Source: Sphyrna mokarran
Lineage: Eukaryota
Direction: 5' to 3'
Length of the DNA stretch: 64,000 bases
Assembly: GCA_024679065.1 (NCBI GenBank)
Contig: JAGIQG010000012.1
Location: forward strand, 47,244,001 to 47,308,000
Both the position numbers and the translations under genes were made by a program. Below are positions 37,376-51,510 of this stretch, piece by piece. The notes under the pieces are model-generated. The model was not told the origin of the DNA. It made no database searches and saw nothing but the letters and a program-made list of their open reading frames with translations. Each line of letters starts with the position of its first letter. Positions within the stretch are counted from its first letter, which is position 1.

Positions 37376-39670
37376 AGCAATACAAACATTGTAGCCTATG
37401 ATAAGAATTCAGCAATGCTTGTCTGATGCAATGAGTGAATTAATGAGCATGTCAGGGTTGAAGCAATACAAAGAAAGAGATAGTAATCATGGTCTAGTGC
37501 AAGAGCTTTAAATTTGCCCTCATCCATTGCTGTGTTGTCTCAATGTTGTGCTCCTTGCAGGAACTCATAGGTAATGGTTTTGCAATATGCCTCCAGTCCA
37601 CAAATAGTGTCTCCAGTTATGTATATGTCTCTCCTGCAAGCAGCTGCAAAAGGGACAGATGTAAGAAAAACCCTTTATGAAAGAAATTGAGTTACAATAC
37701 ATGAACAGTGACAGAGAAGTAAAGACCCTCTGCTCTATCCATTCTATCCAGGCCCCCTCAAATGTGATATGAATTATTTTATCTGACTGTATGAAAATAT
37801 GGTCAGGAATGAAGATCATAGTGGAGAATTTTAAATGCATTTTCTTGGTGCAGGGAAAGGCACTTTTTTTTCCAGCTTTTCACTCTAATTGCTTTTGAAG
37901 ACCATTGTATGCTGCATTTAGATGTCTTGTTTATATTCTTATCACAAAGAAACTGAGACCACTTAAACCTGTTGCAGTTGATACATTAATATATAATATC
38001 TCCAACTCTTTCAAAACCATAATAACATACTTTTGTATTTGTGTTGCCCAGAGCTGTATAATTTCAATACTCTTTTAAAGGGCCAAAACATAACAGGACC
38101 TGTTGTTTGACTTTTAATATCTTGGATACATTATGAAAAGAGATTGTTTGTTTGAATATTGAATAAGTAGATTGGAAAAAAAAAAGTCCCACTCAAAAAT
38201 CAGCTCCAAAGATGTGTACAAATGGCATCTATAATGGCAGGTCAGCACCTTCCCGTCTCCACCCAAATGAAATCCAGGGCAGAAAGGCCCCTTGTATTAA
38301 TCCAGCTGGAGAGAAAAGGGTAGGAGACTGTCACCATGCTGTGTGCACGATGAGTGAAAGTGTGTGACTTGCATGTAGCTTCCTGAGAGTGGGCAATGGT
38401 GGTGACCCTTGTTGAAAGACACAGGGTGTTTAATAAAGGGACTGGCAATCGGAATATTTGGGGGTGGATAGGAAGGGTATAGCTTCCCCATTACCTTCAC
38501 ACTGTGAAACTCTTCACCTCTTGCTCCTTGCCTGTGTTGCTCCTCAGTTCTGGATTGTAGTGGCTCTTGCTCCAGCAGAGCCACTGCTACCACCCTTGCC
38601 AATAGCCATTTCATTTGATACCAATGAACTTTCTCATAGGGCCAACATAGGTTTCTCACCAGCTCTCAAGGCAGTAGCCAAGATTCTAATGCCTCCATAA
38701 AATACTCCCTGCTCTACCCTTTCAATCCCAGTTAATTCTGTCCCCAGTTGTTTCTCTTTGCCTGACCTGCTGATAACTCCCAATTTTTTGTTTTGTTTAC
38801 GACGAACACCAATGTTATTTTCATGTATTATGTAACTCTAGGAGCTAACAGCACACTTCAACCCCTTTTCCATATTTCATTATAACTGATCATAGCAAAT
38901 ACCATGATTGCTGTGGTCAGTTTGTCATGTTGAAAGCTTGAGGATTTTGCTACGACGATGAAATATGTAGCTATAAGAATCTGTATGCTACTTATCAGTA
39001 TGTTCTTCCAGTTGGGTTGATTGATGATCCTCTATCTGAAATCATTCCTCTCTTGAAAGTGAAAAAATCCAAGCAGAGGATCAGTAAATTGAGGCCATAA
39101 TTCAGAACACTATTTCAAATTACATCAGGAGTTGAGAATGGAGGGGCATACGTGTAAAGTATTAAAGGACACATTCATAAAGAACCTCATTAGATAAAGA
39201 GTGATTAACGGAAAGAAACACAGAACTTTCATTTTACTTAATGCCACTCATGCCCTTATAACCTTCCAATTTGTTCTTTGCTGTTGTTTTGTGGAAACAC
39301 ACCGAGCAGCTAATTTTCCTCCGACAGTAGTAAAATGGTTACATTTTTAATCTTGTTGAAAATATTGGCCAGATCTCTGGGGCCTGTTTTCTTTGAATAG
39401 TGTAGAAGAAGCTTCAATTTAAAATTTCATTTGATAGTTGTACACGTGCACTGTGGCAGTAATGTGTGGGAATGTGTCCATTAGTTGTGAAGTGTGTTGT
39501 TTCACTTGACATAGAAATGTATAAGATAGGAGCTGCCCTTTGAGCCTGCTGCACCATTCTTTATAATCATGGCTCATTGTCCAACTCACTTAAATTTCAG
39601 ATTAAGCTAAAATCATCAACAAGAAAAACTATATTTAAAAACATAATCAAGAAGAAGAATTTAAAAATGG

Positions 39671-40962
39671 CATCATAGAGGTTTACAGCAAGGAAACAAG
39701 CCCTTTGGCCCAACTTCTCCATGCCGCCCTTTTTTTTTTAAACGCCTAAGCTAATCCCAATTGCCTGCATTTGGCCCATAACTCTCTATAGTCATCATAC
39801 CCATGTAACTATCTAAGTGCTTTTTAAAAGATAAAATTTTACCCACCTCTACTAGTACTACTGGCATCTTGTTCCAGACATTCTCCACCCTCTGAGTGGG
39901 GAAAGAAATGCCCCTTTGGACACTTTTGTATCTCTCGCTCTCACCTCAAACCCATGCCCTCTAGTTTTAGACTCCTCTACCTTTGGGAAAAGATATTGAT
40001 GATCTCCCTTGTCTATACCCCTCATTATTTTATAGATCTCTATAAGGTCACTTCTCAGCCTCCAATGCTCCAGAGAAAAAACATCCCAGTCTATTCAGCC
40101 TCTATTTATGTCTCATTCCATCAAGTCCCAGGAGCATCCTAGTAAATCTTTACTGCACTCTTTCTAGTTTAATAATACCCTCTCTATAATAGAATGACCA
40201 GAATTGCACACCGTATTTCAAGTGTGGCCTTACCAGTTCTTGTACAACTTTAACAAGATGTTCCAGTTCCTGTATTCAATGTTCTGACTGATGAAACCAA
40301 GCATGCTGAATGCCTCCTTCACTACTCTGTCCACCTGTGACTCCACTTTCAAGGAGCTATGAACATGTACCCTTACATTTATTTGTTCTGTAACTCTCCC
40401 CAGTGCCACACCATTAAATGAGTAAGTCCTGCCCTGGTTCAGTCTATCAAAATGCATCACCTTGCATTTGTCTAAATGAAATTCCAACTGCCATTCGCCA
40501 CCTCACTTGCCCAATTGATCAAGATCCCATTGTAATTGGAGATAACTTCCTTCACTGTCTATTATGCACCAACCTTGGTGTCATATGCAAACTTACTAAC
40601 CATGCCACCTATATTCTCACTCAAATCATTAACATAAATGACAAACAATGGTGGGCCCAGCACTGATCTCTGAGGCACACTGCCTCTAGTTTGAAAAACA
40701 ATTCTCTACAACCATCCCCAGGCTTCTGTCAAAAAGCCAATTTTGTATCAATTTAGATACCTCACCCTGGATCCCGCGAGATTTAACTTTATGCAACAAC
40801 CTACCATGCGGTACCTTGTAAAGATTTTGCTAAAGTCCATGTAGACAACATCAATTGCATTGCCTTCATCTACCTTTTTGGTTACACCTTCAAAAAACTC
40901 AATTATATTTGTGAGACATGATTTTCCAATCACAAAGCCATGCTGACTATCCGTAATCATCT
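39671..40962 (-). mobile_element. CR1 LINE, RT and 3' end, 5'-truncated
   Basis: SQHGFVIGKSCLTNIIEFFEGVTKKVDEG.AIDVVYMDFSK; MEFHLDKCKVMHF; 3' UTR at the left end. Confidence 0.92.
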
Positions 40963-41889
40963 CTAAATGCATGAAGCAAATGCCACAAGTTTTCTCAATT
41001 GAGAGCTGATATGGTTTATTAACGGTTAACCTTGGCTCATGGCCCAGGCTATTCATCTGTTCATAACTTCCCTCCTTGGACTGTGTGTTTCAGATCCAGA
41101 GAACAGTGCAAGAAATTATACCATTGTTTCTGAGGACAATGACACATCCTACTGTCCTTCACAATGTTATAAAGTCATGAGCGCGTGCATGTAATGGACT
41201 GGAAATACTCTCGACCTGATAGGTAGCTACAGAACAAGACTGAGCCATAGGCACAGAACACACAGAACAAGCAATTATAAATTGGTCACTCTGAAGTTTT
41301 GTCACTCTATTAGATTCCCAAGTACCAATAAGCAAGATCCTTTACACCATTCCTGACTATTCTCAGGTTCACATCCCACCTACCTCTCCGTGGGGAGTTC
41401 TCAACGACCCAAACTTGAGATCACAGGTTTGGTTTTCCTTCCCCTCAAACACATGGTATGGTGAAAGTCTCCTATTTTGAGACTCGGTGTTATTGTGGGT
41501 GGCTCTGACGATGCCTGTTCTGTAAACGACAACTGAGGGATCCTGTGCCAGATTCAGTGCCTGGAAGCTCATTAATTATGCAGAAGTGAACTCCATTCCA
41601 ATTTTCCTGGCAGCTGATTCATCCACGCACCCTCAGCTGATGGGTTTGAAGATCCTGGCGCCATTTATAAATACAAGTCCAGCACACTCAACCTATCTGA
41701 CTTCACCAGACCATGCAGGGTGTCAGCAGCTCAGTGGGAAAAGGCTAACAGCCTCAAGAAACCTGTTCCTCAATTCAACTACCTTGCAGAATGCTCATTA
41801 CTTATGGAACATCCTTGCCCAATTGGACCTTTACACATTGTTTATTGATAGGGACGGAATGAAGACTCCAGATGCAATGTAATATTCAA

Positions 41890-44088
41890 CAATGGGGAGA
41901 CTTGCAATTAGAAAAGTTGGGGGGAGGGATTCGAGATGAGGTGACTGGGAGCGAGGAGGTTAGCTTGCAAAAAGAGAAGGATTGTAGACAGTGTAAGAGG
42001 GAGGATAATGATGGAGAAGGGAGCCCTCAGACTGAAGCTTTGAGATGTGTCAGTTTTAACGCCAGGAGTGTGGTGAATAAAGTGGATGAGCTTAGAGCAT
42101 GGATCGCTGCTTGGAAATGTGATGAGGTGGCCATTACAGAGACTTGGATGTCTGAGTGACAGGACTGGATACTTCACATGCTGAGTTTCAGAAAGGACAA
42201 GGAGGGAGGCAAAAGAAGTGGGGAGGGGCGCGGAGTGGCACGGTTGATCAGGGATGGTGTCAGGAATGTAGAGAAGACCCTGGAGGGATTATCTGTGGAG
42301 TCTCTATGAATGGAAGTTCGAAACAGGAAAGGGTCAGTAACTTTGCTAGGTGTTTTCTATAGACCGCCCAATAGTAACAGGAATGTTGAGGAGCAGATAG
42401 GCAAATAGATTCTGGAGAGATGTAGTAATAACAGACTTGCCATGATGGGAGACTTTCATTTCCCAAACATCGATTGGAATATTCTAGGGAAGGGGTTTGG
42501 ATGGGGAGGAATTTGTTAGATGCATTCAGGAGGGTTTCCTGACACAGTATGTGGATAAGCCTACAAGAGAAGAAGCTGTACTTGATCTGGTACTGGCTAA
42601 TGAACCTGGACTGGTGTCAGATCTCTCAGTGGGAGAATACCTTGGGGATAATGATCATAACTCTATCTCCTTTACGCTAGCATTGGAAAGAGGTAGGATC
42701 AGGCAAGTTAGGAAAGTGTTTATTTGGAGTAAGGGGAAATATGAAGGCATCAGGCAGGTAATTAAACAAGTAAATTCGAAGGAGGTATTCGTGGAAAAAA
42801 GTACCTAAGTAAGGTGGCAGATTTTCAAGGAATGTTTGTCTAGAGTTCTGCATGACAACTTTCCGATGAGACAGAGAGGTTTTGATAGGTTACAGGAACT
42901 GTGGCACATGAAAGTTGCAATGATCCTAGTCAAAAAGAAAAGTAAAGCATACAAAAGGTTTGGAGAGCTAGAAGATGTTACAGATTTAGAGGAGTATACA
43001 GCTTGTAGAAAGGTACTTTAAGAAGGAAATTAAGAGAGCCAGAAGGGGTCATGAGAAGGCCTTGGCAGGTAAGACTAAGGAGAACCCTAAGGCCTTCTAC
43101 AAATATGTAAAGAGTAAAAGGATGAGATGTGAAGGAATAGGACCTATAAAGTGTGACGATGGGAAAGTCTGTACAGAACCAGTAGAAATAGCAGAGATAC
43201 TTAATACTTCACCTCAGTATTCACAGTAGAAGAAGATCTGAGTGGTTATACTGTGGGCTTGCAGCAGACTAAAAATATTGAGTATGTGGACATTAAGAAC
43301 GAGGATGTGTTGAGAATTTTGAATAGTATCAAGATAGGTAAGTCACTGGGACCGGATGGAATTTACCCCAGGTTTCTGTGGGAGGTGAGGGAAGAGATTA
43401 CAGAACCTCTGGCAATGATCTTTGCATCGTCGATGGAGAGGTGAGAGGTTCCAGAGGCTTGGAGGATTGTAGATGTGGTTCCTATCTTCAAGAAAGGGAA
43501 TCGGGATAGCCTGGGAAATTACCAGCCAGTGAGTCTAACTTCAGTGGTTTGTAAGTTGATGGAGAAGATCCTGAGGGACAGGAATTATGAACATTTAGAG
43601 AAGTTTAGTGTGCTCAATAGTAGTCAGCATGGCTTTGTCAAAGGCAGATCATGCCTTACGAGCCTAGTTGAGTTCTTTGAAAATGTGACTAAACACATTG
43701 ACAAAGGAAGAGCGGTAGATGTGGTTTATTTGGACTTCAAGGCTTTATAAAGGTATCCCACGCAAGACTTCTTGCAAAAGTGAGAGGGCATTGGAGCCAA
43801 GGGGCTATTGTCTTGTGGATCCAGAACTAGTTTGCCTGCAGAAGACAGAGAGTGTTTGTAGATGGGTCTTTGTGCATTGAGGTCAGTCACCAGTGGAGTG
43901 CCCCAGGGATCTTTTCTGGGACCCTTGCTATTTGTAATTTTCATAAACGATCTGGATGAGGAAGTGGAGGGATGGGTTGGTAAGTTTGCTGAGGACACAA
44001 AGGTTGGTGTGTTGTGGATAGTTTGGAGGGATGTCAGAAGTTGCAAGATGAAATTGATAGGATGCAAGGCTGGCTGGAGAAGTGGCAG
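41890..44088 (+). mobile_element. CR1 LINE ORF2 relic (APE endonuclease and RT), 3'-truncated
   Basis: [118 protein letters not shown]. Confidence 0.95.
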
Positions 44089-45951
44089 GAACTTGTCTGC
44101 CTCAACAGAGTAGTGAACAACACATCAAGAGCAGTGCAGCATTATGAAAGAAAGTTGTTATACCCACTCTGAATTCTTGAGTAAACTGAAAAACACTCAT
44201 TAGCAATCAGTATTACCTTGATATAGGCAGGACACAAAATTAAAAGGCCTGTTGGAATGCTAGTGAATTGCTGTTTTGATGAGCATTCATGAAACGCAAA
44301 TAACATTTGTGCCACTTGTCAGTGGGAAGCGCAACTTGCCATTAACTTGCCATTTGGAAAATTGCAATGTGATTTTCTGTTGGTGGGTTTCGTCTTTTTG
44401 GCTCCGGACGGATTCACTGTGCCTGCTCATCACTAAACTCACCGAAAGTTAGTTGGGAGTATTTTGCTCATAGTCTATGCTGCTAGGCTTCATACTTTAA
44501 AGTCACATTCAGTTCCCTATTTCTCCCTCATCTGAACTTCAAGCACAATATCTGTTATCAGAATTGTTTATATCCATCTGTCAATTTCCAATATCAACTG
44601 ATTCTACCTCTGATTGATACTAAACTCATTCTTGCTCGATAAAGAGCTGACAATTGAGTGCCTAATTAGACAGTATAATAGTGGTCGCAATCAGGCCATA
44701 TTGCCAGCATGCACCTGCCTGTATACATCTGAATGATATTGCAAAGTTGTTTGAAATGCTTTCATGGCATGTGGGCATCACTGTCAAGGCTAACATTTTG
44801 GATGTCAAATCAGCTTGGATCAGTTGGGGAATCATGAAGCCAAGGTGGAAGAAAGGATAGGGGGGTTGTCAAAAGTGTCAATAGTGGGTCAGGAAGGATC
44901 AGTGTAAGCAATTGATACTAACAGTTGCATAATCAGATTAAGTTTTAATCTGTCTAACAGTTCCTGGGTAACTATCCAGTTAAGTAAGCCAAAATCATCC
45001 CAAGTCTCCGTCTCAAACTCAGAATTAGTAACCTTCTTCTGCACTGTAGGGATTCTATGATTTTATTAATTGGTGATCTTATCAGAGGGTCCCAGATTGC
45101 AGGATAATTTCCCATCTGAAGCTCAAACTTCCTGGGCAGTTCACACACATAGTCAGTGTATTGGGACTTCCAATTGTGCATTTTTATGTTTGACAAACTG
45201 GAGACTAGAAGATCTGGGCCAATATGTTCAATATTTAGTCATTCTCAGTGATTTTAAATCAGGTTACTGACAGGTAGAGGGCAGGACATCCTTATTAAAA
45301 ATGCCTATTTTTAGTGTCAATCCCATTTTCAGCTCTATTATTAGAACTGACAAAGATTAGCACTCCTAAATATATTGAAGAATACTTCTTAGTGGAAAGA
45401 GCCAATTACATTCTATAATGCTGCCTGATTGCACTGATGTATTGAAAATTTTATGTTTGTAATTATGCAAATTGATTTTATCAGAAACTTTGCACAGCAG
45501 AATTATAGGGAGTGGGATAGCTTGATCTTGGGATTAGACATAGTCTGCACAACATTGAGGGCTGAAGGGCCTGTACTGTGCTGTAATGTTCTATGTTGTA
45601 GTAGAATTTAGTCAAGCTTTATGAAATCAGGTGGACAGGGACAGTCAATTAGATGGTGAGGCAGAGTGAAATATCAGCATCCCAGTGACAGCAAACTAAA
45701 GGTACATTGTGATTCCCAAAGGCACGCAGCTCCCTGCAACATGAATTATCATGACAGGCATACTCATTAAAACACATGGTAACACATAGTCACCAGATTA
45801 AATCGTATCTTTGCAATTAAGTTGGCAGCAAACAAGGAACATGTGGTCTTTGATTCAAGACCAGTTAAAGGTGACGTGCAGAAGACAAGGGAGTTTACCT
45901 CGTGAATTTGGAGTTAGTAGGAACCGCTTTTCTTGTGTGAGGAACTTTTTT

Positions 45952-46284
45952 CATTGAATCCCTTCAGTGCAGAAAAAGGCCATTTGGCCCATTACTTTTG
46001 CACTGATTCTCCAACAGAGCATCTGACCCAGGCCCTCACCCCTGCCCTCCATAACTCCACACATTTACCCTGCTAATTCCCCCTAACCTACATGTCTTGG
46101 GACATTAAAGGACAATTGATCATGGCCAACCCACCTAAGTTGCACATTTTTGGGCTACAGGAAGAAACCAAAGCACCTGGAGGAAATCCTGCAGATACTG
46201 GGAGAATGTGCTCACTCCTTACAGACAGGGTCCCAAGGCTGAATTGAACCCAGGCACCTGGCACTGTGATGCAGCAGTGTTAAC
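45952..46284 (-). mobile_element. HE1-like V-SINE, near full length
   Basis: tRNA-like head (gaattgaacccaggcacctggcactgtgatgcagcagtgttaac on +), V-domain (ggaagaaaccaaagcacctggaggaaatcc...gggagaatgtgc..actcc..acagaca) and CR1-derived tail. Confidence 0.85.
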
Positions 46285-48052
46285 TTGGGACCAGAGGAGA
46301 GGAAGCTGAGCTGTTGCAGGGAGCTGGGGTGAGACTATCCATGGAGGTCAGGGCATGGCTAGATCTGGAGAGGGTTGAGGATGATGGAGGATAGGTGCAC
46401 AGTGATGGCTTGTAGCTCTAAGGATTCAAGTCTGTAGATGGTAGGGGTGACAGCAGTTGAAACTATATTTTTGTCCCTCAATCGTTGGCTTGCAGGGAAT
46501 AGAAGTTAATTCAAGAGTTGTTTAAATATGGCACCCTGATCTTTCACCATCTTAATGTAATGACAGGGTCAGCAACTTTATGCCCACCCTTGCTGCAGAG
46601 TTGGCTAGGTCGCTTAGCTGTACATAGTTAATATAATGACTTTTATCAGGCCATTGAGGTTGGCCTATTGGAATATGAATTCTCTGATTTAAGGAATCAA
46701 TTGATGGGCTAATCGGGGAGCACCTTGCCTTTTACTTACCCGGGTGTGTAAGTTCCTTTGATACTCTCCGGAGTTAATCTGCAAACTGACAGCACTCTAT
46801 GTACTACTGTTAGAGTTGTAAGTATGTGGGATTTTGGTGAAGGGACTTCCGTCTCTACAGACTTAGTACAGTTAATTGGCTGGCTGCCACATGGAGCCAA
46901 CCATCCTGCTTCCGAGCAGAATTCTCACTCACTTCTGGTCAGAGAAAACTTGCAAATTCTGTGGAATTCTACTCTCAGAATGTAATTTCACCAGCCTGAT
47001 TTTTAAACTGAAAAAGCAGAGGCAGAAACAATATCTTCATATAATTTTCAAGGTGCCAGCTCCTGGACTTTGGAAAAAAAGACAGATTCAGTTGGGTTGG
47101 CAACTTATCCAAAAATATAACCTTTAAAATTTAAATGCTACATGTAAACATGTTCTCAAGGACAAGTGAAGGCACATAAAAATGACATTTTAGCTCACTG
47201 AGTAACCTTATTCCCTGCAGGAATATTTTGTGACAAATAGCAGGTTCACTTTTATACTGCTAATAAACTACTCTGCAATCCATAAAGCACACAGCACATA
47301 GTGAATTACCTGCACACTATGTTATTGCTAAATTAAACATTGATTTCCTTGTCCCTGTTTTCCCCAACATTCACTATTTGTCACTCCTGATTTATGCAGA
47401 CCAAATTATATTTATTTGAAAGTAACAAACGTAATGAAAATAGATTTTTAAACATGGCTTCTAAAGATCAATTAGTATTAACAAGATTTTTCTCTGATTA
47501 CTTGCTTGACCTCATCAAATTGATTTTTTTTTTTTGTTTTTATTTTCAGTTTTACCTATTTATTTGTTCTAAAGAACAACTATTACGAGAGCAAACTGCT
47601 AATCCCAATTTAATGCTGATAAACCCATTTGAATAAATAATCATAGACGGCAGGAAATTTGGACAATAGGCCAGATGTGGAGAGATGTTCATACTTGATA
47701 GCTTAATAGTGATAAATTTATTCTCATTACTTTTAAATTATCTTCAGCATCCACAAAGCTTTACTATTAATTTGAAGTGTTTGCTAGCCTTTGCCAAAGC
47801 TGAAGACAGGAGGTGGAGAAAGTAAAAGTAAACAAAACAAACTGAAAGGAGATAAAGTATGGAAGAATAAACTCTATTATGTGAGCAAGTGATGAGCAAT
47901 ATCACTTTCAACAGACAGGTAGTTGCAAAAGTATAAAGTTGAATTGCACAAAAGATTTGCAAGGAATGTTTCCCTATTTAGCACATCAGGGATGTTTTCA
48001 TTTTTTTTTACAGAGTTTGGCAGCAGGCAGGGAAAGCAGTATGGAAGCTATT

Positions 48053-48055
<3 letters not shown>

Positions 48056-48087
<32 letters not shown>
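48056..48087. repeat. (CA)16 microsatellite
   Basis: Uninterrupted CA run. Confidence 0.95.
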
Positions 48088-48090
<3 letters not shown>

Positions 48091-49787
48091 GCTTCTTTCA
48101 CCATATTGTTAGGGACATAGAAAAGATCTCAAGCCACAGGTCACACAACATTGTGATGGCCAGAACCCGCCCTGCCACTCCAAAGTTTATGTTTTAAAAA
48201 GTTGGGGTGCCCTTTTTAAGAGCTGTCCTATACAAAAAATTAAAAGTAGAACTCCACAGTCCCAAGAATATCCCCTGAACACTTCTCCTTCTTCACCACA
48301 ACTCCCCCCTGATTAAGTCTCAACAGTTCCTCAAAACTGGAACAGCTCCAACACTTCCCCCTCCCACAAATCCCATCTCCGAGTCCCCCACCCTCCCCCC
48401 TCCTCTCCCATTCTCACCCCTGCTTGGCACTGCACCCTGGTGCTGTCCTGTAGTGTCATGGGGCAGTCATGGAGTTATGCACTCACCTGACCTCCTCTCA
48501 GGTTCTCCTTACCAGGTACACAGAGATCTGTCATGAATAGACATAAATGAATAATCTATAGAGGCCTGATAATTATATTTAAATATATTCAATAAGGGAT
48601 CCCAATATTAAATGTTGGAATCATCACTGTCATTGGTGAGGGTGGGAAGACATTTGCTGCAGGAAATCTCAGAAGCTTAAATCACCACTTTGCATTCCCA
48701 CATCCAATTATGCTTCCTCCTAAACAAAAACAGCATATATTCCAACCTGTTGGACCACATTGAGGTCTTGCACAGTTATCTATCCCTTTGATTGTATTTG
48801 ATGAACATCTCAGTAAGGAACATCTTTAAGTTGCAATATATAACTAAAAACCTTAGCATATATACTTTCCAAAACATTGCCAGACATTGTAAAACATTCT
48901 AGCTATAGTCATGTTATGATATCTAGATTGGAGAATGTCTTTCCCTATGCACGAGCTTCCTTAACTTAGAAACTCTGTTTCTAAAATAAATTGTGTATCA
49001 GATATTTAATGAAGTGTTTAATTTTGTCCAGAGAAAGCTGTTCCTAGTGAAGTGTAAAGAGCAAGATGTCTCTTTTATGACATATCTATGTAGATCTGAT
49101 GGGTGGTCTGCACAGAATTTGATTTGGGTGCAACCAAACTTTCATTTAACCATATCTCTATAATTCATCCTTATTATGAGCACCTGACAAATCAGTGTTG
49201 TAATAAATGAAGAAACTGCCTTGAATGATAATTGGAGAAAAATAGAGTAAAAACAAAAATAAAGCCACTAAAATGCATGATTATAATAATCTACCCACCT
49301 GAATACAAAATTGCGAAAGAAATATGCAATCACCTAAGGAAACAACAGAGACAAAGCATTTTATTGTGATTGTTAAAGAGAAGGAAATTGTTTCACAAAT
49401 GAACCAGGCTGATACTGGGAGTGATTGGTGCTGACTTTCAAACTTGGACTAAACTATATTCAGTATTTTCAAAACCATCATTGTTTGTGTTTTTTTTTAA
49501 AGAATAGTGATAACAAATTTAGCAGGGCCAATCTTCACAGACGTTACGGCCAGTTCAAAACTGGTCGAGGCATTTTTAGGTGGCCTTGGAGCCATTAGGT
49601 ATAAACTTCATTTTAAAATTGAAATACATTTCCTGCACAAATTTCTGACCCAAAATGGTGGAATTCCTTACACTGTTCAACACTTGCTATATACACCTGA
49701 AGGAAGGTCACCAGTGGTCATTGAAGGGACAATTGGAAACCACTCAAACATGGCCCAAAGACTGATAGTTTGTATTTGAAGAGTCAT

Positions 49788-49953
49788 GGCCAGAATTTTA
49801 CCACTTTGCCCACTAAAGCTTGTAAAATCTCGCGCAAGATCAATGGAAAATGCCACTCTGTAAGCCTCGCCCACCCTGATTTTGGACCGGGCAATGCTTG
49901 CAGAAAGGCATTCTCCATTGGCCTTGAGTGGGTGAGGCAATAAAATTCTGACA
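49788..49953. mobile_element. Harbinger-type MITE
   Basis: TIRs ggccagaatttta / taaaattctgac; internal inverted caatgga.aatgcc / ggcattctccattg. Confidence 0.7.
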
Positions 49954-51189
49954 ATGTTAACTTAGACTTTTGCTCCAATTAATTAATAGACTCACCAACT
50001 ATTTTTCAATCAAATCATGCCTTTATTTGGGAAATGTAACAAAACTTATAACTGCTGCAAGACTGACTCTTTTGCACTGTATCACAAACCAATGCTTCTA
50101 TTCCCATTATAAACCTGCTATAATTTTCCAAATGTAGATTTTAACTACCTATAATTACCTAATTGACCTGTAGGGGTTTGTCTATCCATTTATGCTGGGC
50201 AGGCATGGAGAGGGATCCAACTTTATCAAGCTTTACTTGAGGTTTCTTTTTTTTCCTTTTGTTCTTCTCTGATTCTGTTCTTCAAAACTGCAATATTTAT
50301 TATTTTGAGATTGACTGAAATACCTGCATTTCTGCATGTAGGTATTGACCACAGGCATATCATCAAATTAGGCTGCCAGACCTTAGGGTAGTTGTTCTAA
50401 GTTATCTTAGCACTCAAAATCAGATTTCTGCCCCTATTTTTATCTGTTTCCTGACTATGCAATAAATTAGAATGACTTTATTACTTATAATAAAACCAAA
50501 GACATTTGTGACAAGCGAACAGAGCAGTCCACATACTGAGCCTGGAGTTAAAACCTTTGGCCCTGAAGTTAGCCACATTTCCTATCAAGTTATTGTTGTG
50601 TCTTTTTTTTTTGGCCATTTTGAATTAGATTATAGCCCAATGTGTATAGTCACAAAAAACTGGAATACTGCTCCTGGCTCCAACTACGGACCATTGCAAG
50701 TCTGCTTTCATGCTTCTCCTGGCTTGGTAAAGGGTGACATTGATAAAGGCGTGTAAGTGAAGCTGTATTCAGGTGGTTGATAGCTGGATTTCATACAATC
50801 TTAATGAGGATGAACTCATTTTGATCTTGAAGCCTCTCTGTTCTGACTGCCAAAACTGGGTCCCATCAAAATCTTGCATCATTTAAGGATCTAAAAACTG
50901 ATACTCTAGGACTCTGCACTATAGCTCTGAAGAACCCCTCTATCTAATCCAATTTCTCTGTTTGTTCCCCATAACCCTTTACTCAATTTTCAAATATTGC
51001 TCCAATTTCTTTGTTTTCCAAATATTTAACAGTTTTGTTTGACAACCATCTGCATGGGAAAATCCTCCAACTGTTATTTTGGTCTTGAATTTATATTTAT
51101 GCCCTATAGTTTATTGACTTACCAACGAGTGAAAATAGTTATTTTCCTGCTTACTTAATCAAAATCTGAATAAGTAAAGAGTAGCAGTG

Positions 51190-51510
51190 AATGCTTGTTT
51201 TTCATCTTGGAGGTATGTAGACAGTTTGGTTCCCTGGGAATTGGTATTTGGAAAAAGACTCTTTTTTTGATATATACTATGACATGGTGGGCAGAGTACA
51301 ATTTCCAAATTTGCAAAATGACACAATGTGGAGCAATTGTAAACTGAATTCAAGAGGACATAAACAGGCTGGTGGAATGGGAGGACGTGTAAGATTAATT
51401 TCAATGCTATGAAATATGCATTTTGGTGGGAAGAATGAGAAGAAGCAATATAAATCAAAAGGTTCAATTCTTAAGGTGTGTGGGAGCAGAAAGACTTGGA
51501 TGGATACACT
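51190..51510 (+). mobile_element. Degenerate CR1 RT fragment
   Basis: TISKFAK*HN.., QEDINRLVEW, FNAMKY..HFGGKNE motifs. Confidence 0.6.

Noticed and set aside
46230-46284. tRNA gene
   Set aside because: It is the tRNA-derived head of an HE1-like SINE, not a complete cloverleaf.
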